From Octopus bimaculoides (lineage: Eukaryota): a DNA stretch of 40,945 bases. Below are positions 21,585 through 31,727 of the stretch, piece by piece; positions within the stretch are counted from its first letter, which is position 1; the number at the start of each line of letters is the position of its first letter. The DNA lies in assembly GCF_001194135.2 (NCBI RefSeq), contig NC_068986.1:96653574-96694518 (forward strand), in the 5' to 3' direction. The notes below the pieces were generated by a model. That model was not told where the DNA came from, did no database searches, and saw only the letters and a list, made by a program, of their open reading frames with translations. The position numbers and the translations under genes are program-made.

Positions 21585-22187
21585 GTATTTTGTGCTTTTC
21601 ATTTTTCTGCAGGCAGAACTAACTTTGTATATAAACTGGACACTACTGGACAATTCAAGACATTCTAGGAGAAAAGATTATATAATATTAAATGATATTA
21701 GATTAGATAAAGCTGGTGAATACTAAATATAACTTCATAAATCTAAATTATATAGAATGCATGGTGCTGGAATGGACAAGACTAAATAGGATAGGTCTAG
21801 ATAATACTGAGTATAATAATAATAATAATGACAATAACGATGAAAAACTTATGGTATACAGTGCCCATGTACACTAAAATTAATTGGGAAGGGGTAAAAT
21901 AAGAAAAGGGCCAAAGAAAGAATCAATAAGTCAAGTAAAGAAAGACAGTAACATTAGCTAAAGTGCATGTATGGTATACAGGATAAACCACAAAGATACA
22001 GAATGGTGAAGAGTGAAGAAAACATAAAGAGGAAAGGGTGCAAAGATTCTTCAAGAGTAGTGTTGGTGAATTTCAGGAAGCATGCGAGTTTTGATTAATG
22101 AGAAATGAATATGTATTATTGAAACTGAATAAGATTAACAGGTGAAATAGAACTGGACACAGTTTAGACAAACCTGGATAATACTAG

Positions 22188-22550
22188 CAAAGTCCATGGC
22201 TTAGTTGTTAGAATAGTCAGCTAAATATCATAAAATCATGACTTTGATTGCCAGCGGTGCAGTGTGTCCTTGAGCAAGATACTTTATTTCACATTGCTCC
22301 AGTCCACTCAGCTGACAAAAATGAGCAGTACTTGTATTTCAAAGGGCCGGCCTTGTCACATTCTGTGTCATGCTGAATATCCCTCAGAACTCCATTAATG
22401 GTATGCTTGTCTGTGGAGGGCTCAGTCATCACTCCATTGGCACACTCCCTTAATGAAGTTCTCAGCCACTTGCATGTTGATTTACTGAGCAAGCTATTCC
22501 ATTTGTCAGATCAACTAAGAATCCTTATAGTTGTAACCAATGGAGTGCTG
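22188..22550 (+). mobile_element. tRNA-derived SINE related to family C, degenerate
   Basis: Degenerate tRNA head; GTGTCCTTGAGCAAGATACTTTATTTCAC (CORE-like motif); TTCAAAGGGCCGGCCTTGTCAC...TCAGCCACTTGCA...GGAGTGC shared with 24115-24508. Confidence 0.7.
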
Positions 22551-22704
22551 GACTTGATTGAACTGAACGGGAGACACTAGATGAGTTTAAGCTCAGGTAT
22601 ATAGGATGGAAATATGCTGGGAGTAGACTGGATATAGTGTACAAAAAAAAACCAGATGAAACTTTTCAAAACTGCACAAAATTGTGAGATGCTGGATGTG
22701 ACAA

Positions 22705-22803
22705 AATTTCATTATTTACATTTGACGGATATTTGTCTTCATTTTGTTTGTTGTTAACACAATGTTTCGGCTGATATACCCTCCAGCCTTCATCAGGTGT
22801 CTT
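22705..22803 (-). mobile_element. Penelope-like element terminal-repeat fragment carrying the hammerhead
   Basis: Hammerhead followed on the - strand by AACAACAAACAAAATGAAGACAAATATCCGTCAAATGTAAATAATG. PLE assignment is inferred from the hammerhead architecture. Confidence 0.45.
22756..22801 (-). ncRNA. Type I hammerhead ribozyme motif (Penelope-like), probably decayed at one position
   Basis: Minus strand GACAC-CTGATGA-A-GGCTG(GAGGGTATAT)CAGCC-GAAA-C-ATT-GTGTT: 5-bp stem I with one G-U, 5-bp stem II, intact core. Stem III reads AACAUU where a palindromic AACGUU would be expected. Confidence 0.65.
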
Positions 22804-23123
22804 ATCATCATTGTCGGATGTTTTCTTGTATTTACTCCATGACCTCATGCTTCTGCTTTCAAATCTAGCCAGAGTCAGTTTTGTTTTTCAATACTTTCAA
22901 GCCCAATGGACTATGTACTAATAGTCTACTGGAACCTTGATTACTGATTGAACCCATGTTCCTTCATTTAAATAAGCACTGCAATAAGAAATTCTGGCAT
23001 TTTCTAACAGACCAGACAGGAATGCTCAATATTTTAAAATCGTGTAAACACTTTTCTAAATTTAAAAAAATATTTTTTAATTGAAATTTAAAAAAACTTT
23101 CTTTATTTCTCTCCATTTTTCAG

Positions 23124-23267
23124 GTGACTGAGATAATGAATGTTGCATCCCTCACTGGTCGAACACAAATCTACCCATTACAGATATTTGTGGTGAACAA
23201 AGAAGGTAGCATCCATGATGTCACATGGCTGACATCTTGTCATTCAAGCAATGATAACGTCTTAAAG
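23124..23267 (+). CDS. TMEM132: TMEM132-family protein, internal exon (Ig-like region)
   Basis: Acceptor ttctctccatttttcAG; 144 nt encoding VTEIMNVASLTGRTQIYPLQIFVVNKEGSIHDVTWLTSCHSSNDNVLK; donor AAG|GTACTT. Resembles the vertebrate TMEM132 segment EILNTA.LTG..V..PVKV.....G...DV....C.S.DEDV.K. Not in the ORF track. Confidence 0.92.
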
Positions 23268-23644
23268 GTACTTGGAAAATGGTTTTCTTGATGGTCGACC
23301 CTCTCTAATGACTGTAATTATTAGTATTGTTTTTCAGCCCTGACCCAGAAGACATATGGTCAAAGGCATTCCAGCCATGACTATCCTGCTTTTTTTTGTT
23401 TCCAGACATAGTGAATCCAGAATTACATTAACCCAATGTGTCTGCTTTTTTAAGATGATAGGGTAATTGAATTTGTTTCTAGCTAGTCAAGAAATCGCCC
23501 TCATTAGTCTGAGGTTAATGTTGTTTAGCCTTCTGTTGGCTCTTATCAAGCAGACCTATGGTCAATATCATTTCAGTCATGACTCTACCATCATTTTCTG
23601 CCCAATGCATTAATGATTCTACCTAGTTGCCTCCTTGTGATAAT

Positions 23645-23865
23645 AATGGTGTCAAATTTTGGCACAAGGCCAGCAATTTCAGGGAAGTTGGGGACGTCAA
23701 TTACATTGACCCCACTGCTCAACTGGTACTTGTTTTATCAACCTCAATTGGATGAAAGGCAAAGTCAACCTCAGCAGAATTTCAACTCAGGATGTAAAAA
23801 GACTGAAGAAATAGCTCTAAGCATTTCGTCTGAGAGGCAAACAATTCTGTTAGTTTGCCATCTTT
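23645..23865 (-). mobile_element. SINE family B
   Basis: CAAATTTTGGCACAAGGCCAGCAATTT...CAACTGGTACTT...GATGAAAGGCAAAGTCAACC...CTAAGCATTT, matching 20135-20348. Confidence 0.8.
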
Positions 23866-23897
23866 ATTAAAAACAACAACAACAATAACAACAATTG

Positions 23898-24100
23898 TTT
23901 CTTATATAGGGACAAGGCCTGAGATTTCAGGAGTTGATTATATTGACCCCGGTACTTGATTGGTGCTTATATTATTGACCCCGAAATGAAGAAAGGCAAA
24001 GTCAACCTCTGAAGAATTTGAACTCAGAATGTAGAGATCCAGAAGAAATACCACAAAGCATTTTATCTGACATTTTAACAATTCTGCCAGCTTACCACCT
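23898..24100 (-). mobile_element. SINE family B
   Basis: GAAAGGCAAAGTCAACCTC...TTTGAACTCAGAATGTA...AAGCATTTT...ATTCTGCCAGCTTACCACC; tandem neighbour of 23645-23865. Confidence 0.8.
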
Positions 24101-24114
24101 TATTGATAATAATA

Positions 24115-24508
24115 GTGGAGGCGCAATGGCTCAGTGGTTAGGGCAGCGGACTCGCGGTCATAGGATTGCGGTTTTGATTCTCAGACCAGGCGTTGTGAGT
24201 GTTTATTGAGCGAAAACATCCAAAAAGTTCCACGAGGCTCCGGCAGGGGATGGTGGCGAACCCTGCTGTACTCTTTCACCACAACTTTCTCTCACTCTTA
24301 CTTCCTGTTTCTGTTGTTGTGCCTGTAATTCAAAGGGTCAGCCTTGTCACAGCCTTGTCACGCTGAATATCCCCCGAGAACTACGTTAAGGGTACACGTG
24401 TCTGTGGAGTGCTCAGCCACTTGCACGTTAATTTCACGAGCAGGCTGTTCCGTTGATCGGATCAACTGGAACCCTCGACGTCGTAAGCGACGGAGTGCCA
24501 ACAACAAC
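24115..24508 (+). mobile_element. Full-length tRNA-derived SINE (called family C here)
   Basis: Head GTGGAGGCGCAATGGCTCAGTGGTTAGG with an A box and B-box-like GGTTTTGATTC; (CAA)n tail; 10-bp target-site duplication GATAATAATA (24105-24114, 24509-24518). The 3' half is shared with 22188-22550. Confidence 0.85.
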
Positions 24509-24509
24509 G

Positions 24510-24540
<31 letters not shown>

Positions 24541-24574
24541 TAATAATAATAATGATAATAATAATAATAATAAT
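24509..24574. repeat. (AAT)n microsatellite directly upstream of a TMEM132 acceptor
   Basis: TAA/TGA triplet array ending 16 nt before exon start 24591. Confidence 0.95.
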
Positions 24575-24590
24575 TGCTGTTTGTTTGCAG

Positions 24591-24796
24591 GTTTCTCGGA
24601 ACTGTTCCTTCATCTATGTTGATGGCAAAGAAAAGATTGGGTCACGCAATGTCACAGTAATTGCCAAGTCACGGCAGCTGGTTGCCTTTACACATGTCAC
24701 AGTGTGGATGCCAGATGAAAGACTCAATATCCAGTTGTCAGATAACAAACTCAGTCAGATCAAACGATGGAAAGTGACAAAGGACCGCATCTTGCT
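24591..24796 (+). CDS. TMEM132: TMEM132-family protein, internal exon
   Basis: Acceptor gtttgtttgcAG; VSRNCSFIYVDGKEKIGSRNVTVIAKSRQLVAFTHVTVWMPDERLNIQLSDNKLSQIKRWKVTKDRIL + CT; donor GTAAGT (phase 2). Matches the family motifs VS..C.YV.V.GKE..G and TVW.P..PL.I..SD..L.QIKGW.V. Confidence 0.95.
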
Positions 24797-26783
24797 GTAA
24801 GTTACCACACTTTCTTTTTATTGGCAATTGATTTGATGTTTCTCAGTGTGTGTGTGTTGTTGCTATTGTTGCTTAGCTTCAGATCAACTTTGGTTAAGTA
24901 AACCTATGTTCTATCCATGTGAAAAACAACAGTTACGTGTTAATATACTAAATGCTGGGAATAACGAGAAGTTAATTAGAAATAGATATGTGATGAGGAA
25001 CCAGAACCATAGCAAATACTCACAAATGAGTATGACTTGCTACCATGTACTATGTTTTCACTAATTATTTTAGGTGCTTGTATAGTCAGGAGCTGATATA
25101 AATACCCTCTAAGCCCTCCCTCCTTTGACTCAGAAAAACATTGAAGATATGACAGTGGAGTAGAGAAAATGCTGCACCAGTACTCAGCTGGTATTCATTT
25201 TCAACTTAGGAGACTGAAGTGATGTGAAATGACTCCAGAATTCCTTGCCACCTTCACATTTCACAAGGAGAAAATATTGAAAATAATAATGATCAATATT
25301 ATCTTTACATTCTTCAGGCAAGTATGATAGACAACTCCAGATATGTTTTGGTATTATCCTGACTTCCTTAGTAAAGTATAGACTTCACAATATGTGCCAA
25401 AGAAGTGGTGGAACAATCACAAATTATAATACATTTATTGGCATAGAAACAGAATTATTTAGTTAGATATTAAATCATTCAGAGATACTATCTGTAACTT
25501 GTTAGCTTTTTAATGCTAACTAGAAATGTATTAATGTACATCAAATATGTTTACACTATGTTACAATATGTTTGATTATTCAGATATGAAGTAGTATGCG
25601 GTGTTTCATGTAGAATACTTCATCAGATGTTCTCATGATGAAACACTTCCTCTTAAATATTAAATATTTCCTCTCTTCTCTACTTCTAACAGCACATTAA
25701 CTGTTCCTCATTTTTATCTTGTATTCCACTGACTCTTTCACACACACCCCACTCTTAATTTCCTCACATTCTTGTGATCCTAAACATTGTGTTAAATTAT
25801 TGTGTTATAGTAGAGCCATGGTAGCCATTAATAACACACATAGACCTTTTTTATTTCATTTAAAAAAACACATCACTTTTTGTTTCATTTCATAATATCA
25901 TTAGAAAATAAAACAAAAGTGAACATAAAGCTATATGGGTTTTAAATGACTAGCAAAACTCTGCTACAATGCAATGATTTCAGTGGCAGAGCTCTTAGTG
26001 TTAAACAAAACCCTTTGTGGTATTTATTCCAGCTCCTTGCATTCAGGGTTCAATTCCCATGAAGGTCAACTTAGACTTTCATCCTCTCCAGGACGATATA
26101 TAATATATGAAGTATATTAGCTGAGGTTAGTGGACTAATGGAAACCTTGAAGTGTTAAACAGGTTGGCATGCAGTATTTGCTCCAACTCTTTGCTTTCTG
26201 AGTTCAAACCCCACTGTGGTCTACATGGATGGTAAATTTAATCCATTCCCTGGTTTTACATCACTACCTGGACCCTGGGTACCTTTAGAGCAATCCTGTC
26301 TGTTTCATGCAGTCATGTTAGGTTTCAGGTTTGAGGCTACTTTCCTGCCTCCTACCAGTCTGAGAAGCCTTGAAAAAAGGATCGTAGATGTTCGCTTTTC
26401 TCCTGACCAACTAATAAAAGAAAGTCATTTGACAAACAAGTATAGTTCCAAAATATTAAATTGTTTGATATGTTATTGATTATTAATGATGGTGATGGTG
26501 GTGATGACAACAATGCTACCACTGCCAACACCAATTTTATTTATCCTGGAAGAATGAAGGTTAAAGTTGACTTTAGCAGAATGTGAAATCAAAGCTATAA
26601 GTCCCCAAACAAGACATTGTTTATGTATCAAATTGAAATACCTACTATATCAGACAACTCTGCTAAGTTCATAATGCTGATTTCAAAAATTCTAAATATA
26701 AATTCTAAAATAATTAATAAATTCTAAATATAAAAACAACTTTAATATTGTTGTAAAACATATTATGATCAAATCCAAAGTTT

Positions 26784-26903
26784 AAGATAGAAAGTATATG
26801 TTAATTAACAACTCTGATAGAAAGCATGTGTTCTGTGAAAGTTCAGATAGAAAGTATGCATTCTTTGGAAGCCAAGATAGAAAGCATGTGTTCAGTAGAA
26901 GTT
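26784..26903. repeat. 4 x 30-bp intronic minisatellite
   Basis: GATAGAAAG[T/C]AT recurs at exact 30-bp spacing (units start at 26784, 26814, 26844, 26874). Confidence 0.9.
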
Positions 26904-28062
26904 TATATCTGTCTCTCCTCTTTTGCTTCATCTTTGTTGTCTCTCCCCTTCCCTCAAATCTCACTAAAAACTAAAAACACTGGAATATTCTCTATCTGTC
27001 TCTCCACATTAACCCATAGAAGTACTAACTGCCCATTAATCACATGAATTTCACTTGTCTAAGATGATCTATAAAATTCATAAACACTTCCTTCTTTTCT
27101 GGTGAACAAACCCAACACCAGAAAATTGTTATTTGAGCTGTAATTGGAAGCATTTTAGATAAGATGAAGATGATGATACATAATCAGATAAATTTGTTTT
27201 GTTTCTTTATGCTTGGCACTCCATCCGCCATATGTCTGAAAAAAGGTAAAACTTATTTAAATTTCAAATGCAATAAACAAAAGTTGGAAGAATGGAGCTT
27301 CAAAAAAAAATCCTATAAAACTATGATAAAAGTAGTGTTTGTGTTAATTCAAATAACATTGGAACAGATTAAAATGAATGGAAAAAAGAAATGGACAAAT
27401 TTATCAGACAACTCAATCAATATATTTGAAAAACTTTTGCTACTGGATGCTTTCACGGTTCCTATATACCATAACGTCCAGGTATATCCAACAGGTTTTA
27501 ATAGATCATTAGAATAAATACTTTACAATTTACAGCTTTGTCCTGACACATCCTCATTTCAGATCACCTCTTAGCTCAATCAAATAGTTCCCAGTAATAT
27601 ACTGGTGTAAATTTAGTCAACTCTTTCAGCTTTGTTTACAATAGTACAAACCAGAGTCTTGCAACCAGATTCTTTTGGTATTATAGACTGCTTCCAGTGT
27701 AATGGATGGCAGAATTGAAAGAATATTGATCAAAATCCTTTGCAGCATTTAATTACAAACTGTGTTCAAATTCAGATAAGGTCAGTGTTTTCATTCTTTC
27801 AAGGTTGATAAAAAAACAAACAAACTAACAGTTAGGTAGTGAAGTCAATTTAATCGACTATATCCTCTCCCAGAATGAGTGGCCCTGTATCTAAAATTAG
27901 AAATATTTATAGATCACCTCCTTCCCTCCCTCATGATGTCTCACTAATATTGTAATGTAAGGATACTGCCAAGGAAAATTAATGATTTACGAAAATCAGT
28001 GATTCATATATTTTACCATTTCTATTTTACTTATCTATCTATTTATTTTCCATGTGTTGCAG

Positions 28063-28327
28063 TCGCCGTAAGAAGAGGGACAAAATTCTTGGTATGGATG
28101 ACCCAACACGAAACATGTGTCGTCTGCGTTACCAACAGTCAACGGTTGATGTTTACGCTAGCTTCTGTGTCCTAGAAAATGGTCGGCTGCAGTACTACAC
28201 GGGCAAGAAGACTTACTTTCGTGTCACTGAGATGTTGAAGGACCGTCTACGTTTGTCTGACTCTCACATCGCTTCCTTAAGCGGGAATATTATTATGGGC
28301 AAAAACCCGGGCTTGACAGAAATTCAA
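28063..28327 (+). CDS. TMEM132: TMEM132-family protein, internal exon
   Basis: Acceptor gtgttgcAG; first T completes CT+T (Leu), then RRKKRDKILGMDDPTRNMCRLRYQQSTVDVYASF...GNIIMGKNPGLTEIQ; donor CAA|GTAAGC (phase 0). C.L.YQ.A.V.V...F and G...G.T.IQ are family motifs. Confidence 0.93.
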
Positions 28328-28559
28328 GTAAGCAGCTATATTAATCCAAGGGAGATGACTCTGTATTTCACATTAACTTTTTATCAGTGATTACTCCTCC
28401 CTCTTTAATTTATTTTATTTTCTTGAGGCTTAATCAACGGACAAAAGGAAGCACGAAGCTTGTGGGGAAAAGGAAGGAATAATCTGGGTATCTTATCTGG
28501 ATGCTTGCATCAGAATGCACTTCACTAAAGCACTCAACAGCTAAGTACTGGTGTTAAAT

Positions 28560-29058
28560 CAGGCTAAATATTATATCTACTATCTAAGAAGAGTGACAGT
28601 TTATGCAATGGATTTCAGGTCATGGCAGAATTTACCTGACATTACATCCTCCATTACTGTTTTGATATGTCGCCCATCAACTGTAGCAGCATCTTTCCAT
28701 GGCAATATTGCAACCTGTTGTCCACAAGAACAAGCAGTATCTCTTCCAGGACTATACTGTACCAGTCAATAGCTTCAAAGTTTTTTGGAGTCATTACTGG
28801 AGTCTATTTTACTCAACATCTTTAGCTTCTCAATGAGAAGGTGGGTGCAACTGATTTCCTGGCTAATGCTAAGAACCATGGATGGTGACTTTCCAAATAA
28901 ATTCCAATTTTTTTATTGGAAGACAATTTTTTCGCTGTGGAATGTGTGCAGAAATGTCTTCTTTTTTTTTACGAAGTATGTGTGCATCCATGTAAGCATC
29001 ACTCAAATTGTTTCAATTAAAAAAAAAAATTGATTTCATCTTGAAAAGCCTTGTGTAC
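28560..29058 (-). mobile_element. Highly degenerate Tc1/mariner-like remnant
   Basis: The minus strand gives ...AATVDGRHIKTV, like Tc1/mariner C-termini. The right end reads TACACAAGGCTTTTCAAGATGAA on the - strand, which is TIR-like. No matching left TIR found. Confidence 0.25.
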
Positions 29059-29242
29059 ACTTATTTATTCCTTTGTACATTAGTTATTAAAAAATGTGTA
29101 TTTGTACAAATGCACAGTTTGGAGGGAACACCAGTTACAATCATTTTCGCATCATCTTCTTTTGTACTTCTAATTGAAATAAAGTGAAAATATACAATAT
29201 AAATGTAATATATAATATTTATATTATATAAAGTTGTATAAC

Positions 29243-29626
29243 AGCACAGGCATGGCTGTATGGTAAAGAAGCTTGCTTCCCAACTACATGTTTCCAGGTT
29301 CAGTCCCACTGTATGGCACATTGGGCAACTGTCTTTTACTGTCTTCTAAGCCTCACACTTACCAAAGCCTTGTGAGTAGATTTAGTACACAGAAACCGAA
29401 AGAAGCCCATCACACACATCTGTGTTTGTCTTTGTCCCCCACCATCATTTGACAACTAATGTTGGTGTATTTATGGTCTCATAATTTAGTGGTTCAGCAA
29501 AAGGGACTGATAGAATGAGTACAAGGCTTTTCAAAAAATAAGGACTCTGGTTGATTCATTTGACTAAAATTCTTGAAGGCAGTGCTCCAGCATGGCCACA
29601 GTCTAATGACTGAAACAAATATAAAA
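29243..29626 (+). mobile_element. tRNA-derived SINE (family D), near full length
   Basis: GCACAGGCATGGCTGTATGGTAAAGAAGCTTGCTTCCC...GGTTCAGTCCCAC head; CCAAAGCCTTGTGAGT...GAAAGAAGCCC body, present in reverse at 212-381 and 20900-21025. Confidence 0.8.
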
Positions 29627-30357
29627 AAAATTATTATTATATGATGTTATATAAGTTCAAGTTTATTATAATAATATTCTGTATGTTATAAATGGTAAAG
29701 TGTCTCTACTTATATGAACAGAAAATTTATGAAGAATTTTTCACTAATGCAACCTCACTTAATACATTTGCAATTTTTTGGACTATTAACCTCATCTTTA
29801 AAATGAAACATCTTTAATATTTATATCTACACAATGTATCATTAAGTTTGATTTCTTTTGGAGTATCATCATGCATTTTATTCCTAGATGTGTATATAGT
29901 ACCAGAATGGATTTGAACTTCAAACTTTATTCTAAACTAAATATAGTAACACCCTTATTCACTAGACTACTGATGCATATGCTACATACTAAACCAAGAA
30001 TAAAACACTTGATAACAATGTAAGATCAAATTGATTGAAACATAGTAAAGACCACCACCACCACCACCATTATTTTACATCTGTTTTCCCTGCTGACTTG
30101 GGTTAGACAGGCCAGAGGACCACATCTTACTCGGTCATCTCAGTTTTAACATGGTTTTTATGGCTGAATGCCCTTCTTAAAAATAACCCTTTTACAGAGT
30201 GTACTAGATACACTTTCCCATAACATCAACACTGTAAATATTAAAACATTTTTCATCTCTAAAGGTGAAGTAAATTATCCAAAAAATTATATTAACACTA
30301 CATCTCAGACATTTAAACATTTCATTAACCTTACCTATTTTACTTTACTATCAACAG

Positions 30358-30549
30358 GTATTATCACCAACAAGCCGAGTTATGGCTGCTAAAGAAATAC
30401 GAGTCGGTCAAGACAAAGTTGCCATTCAACGCTTGCTCATAAATACAGTGACAGACATAAGCCTTGAGATTAGAGAAGCTGCACTAAATGACCCAACCAC
30501 TATTCTGGCCGTTGTTCATGTCAACAACCAACTGAAAACTAAATTCCAG
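30358..30549 (+). CDS. TMEM132: TMEM132-family protein, penultimate coding exon
   Basis: Acceptor tactttactatcaacAG; 192 nt encoding VLSPTSRVMAAKEIRVGQDKVAIQRLLINTVTDISL...VNNQLKTKFQ; donor CAG|GTATGT. Resembles vertebrate ILSPLSD.ILAEKTI.VLD.KV.I..L.VQLV.GLSL. Confidence 0.93.
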
Positions 30550-30640
30550 GTATGTTTATCAGTATCGTTATAATGTTTGCTGTGAGGTTAGGTTGGATGA
30601 AATGTTGTAAGAGTGTTGTAAGAGATGGATGTCTGGAACA

Positions 30641-30960
30641 GAGGTAAGTCATTGGTGTAGAACATATGATGGTAGCCATAACAAAGAAAGCTAGATGGTG
30701 ATTTGAAGTAGTGGTAGTGAATAGTCACTTCAAGTACAGGTAAGTCATGGCAGTATGGACATGTGATTAGAGAGAATCATAGATATAGAAATAAGTCAAT
30801 GGTGTGGATGGTAGCTACAATAAAGGTATGTCAGTGGTATGAACATGTGATGATAGTTTTTAGTAGGGGTATAGTGCATGTAGTGGTAAAGGATGATTGT
30901 TGCAGTTGAGGTAAGTCACAATGGTATGGTCATGTGATGGTAGTTACAGTAGAAGTATGT
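30641..30960. repeat. Degenerate ~40-bp tandem repeat rich in AGGTA(A/T)GTCA
   Basis: AGGTAAGTCA/AGGTATGTCA followed by TGGT.T..ACAT.TGATG.TAG recurs at least five times. Confidence 0.7.
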
Positions 30961-31727
30961 CTAAGCCTTTCTTCTTCTCTCTTTTTTCTCTTGCTTGATT
31001 CACCCCTAACCTGCCTTCCCTTACTACCTAATCTACCTTCCACTAAATTGAAATTACTACTATCTTACCCCTCCTTCTAGAAAGAAAAACAAATAGAATA
31101 TATAGAAATTAAATTCCTGTTTGGTTCACTAGACTGTTGATTAACAGCCCAGTCAAGATGGTATTTTCTTCATCTCCTACTCTTGTATTTGCACACATTT
31201 ACAAACTGACTTTCTGAAATGAGCTTCCATTATGCAGCTGAGGAGTACATTTTCATTGCACGTCTTATGTGGTGTTCTCACTACATAAATAAATGAAGTT
31301 TGTACGAAACGTACATACTGCTATGACCTAATACATTTTTGTTGCTTTTCTTCAAAATATATATATATATAATGCTATTTGCAGACATTGGAATTTTACA
31401 TAGTCCTTCTGCTTGTCATGTCCTATCAAACCATTCAGTCCATACCATCATGGAAGAAATTTTGATGGTTATCATTGATATACATATGAGAGAGAGAGAG
31501 AGAGAGAAAAGGGGGATATATGTCTTACAAAAGGGGAATGCCACTTTGGCTAATTTAGTCTGAAGTACTGATTGGAATGTGTGTTCTATCAGGCCTATCA
31601 ACAAATAAAACAAGCCTTATAGATCTCAGTTATTCATAGAATGATTCATTTTATTTCAGTCATAAAACATATTTCTATTTCATTATCATTATTATCTTAA
31701 GTAAAACTTTTCTGTTTTATATTCCAG

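Noticed and set aside
25590-25645. Minus strand CTGATGA-AGTATTCTACAT-GAAAC with a flanking GTGTTTCAT/ATGAAACAC inverted repeat, reminiscent of the 9906 locus
   Set aside because: No GUH site closing stem III and no stem I partner. Possibly a dead relative, but not supportable as a ribozyme.
27164-27517. 117-aa intronic ORF
   Set aside because: No recognisable motif or splice signals, intron-like AT content, and flanking exon phases already join without it.
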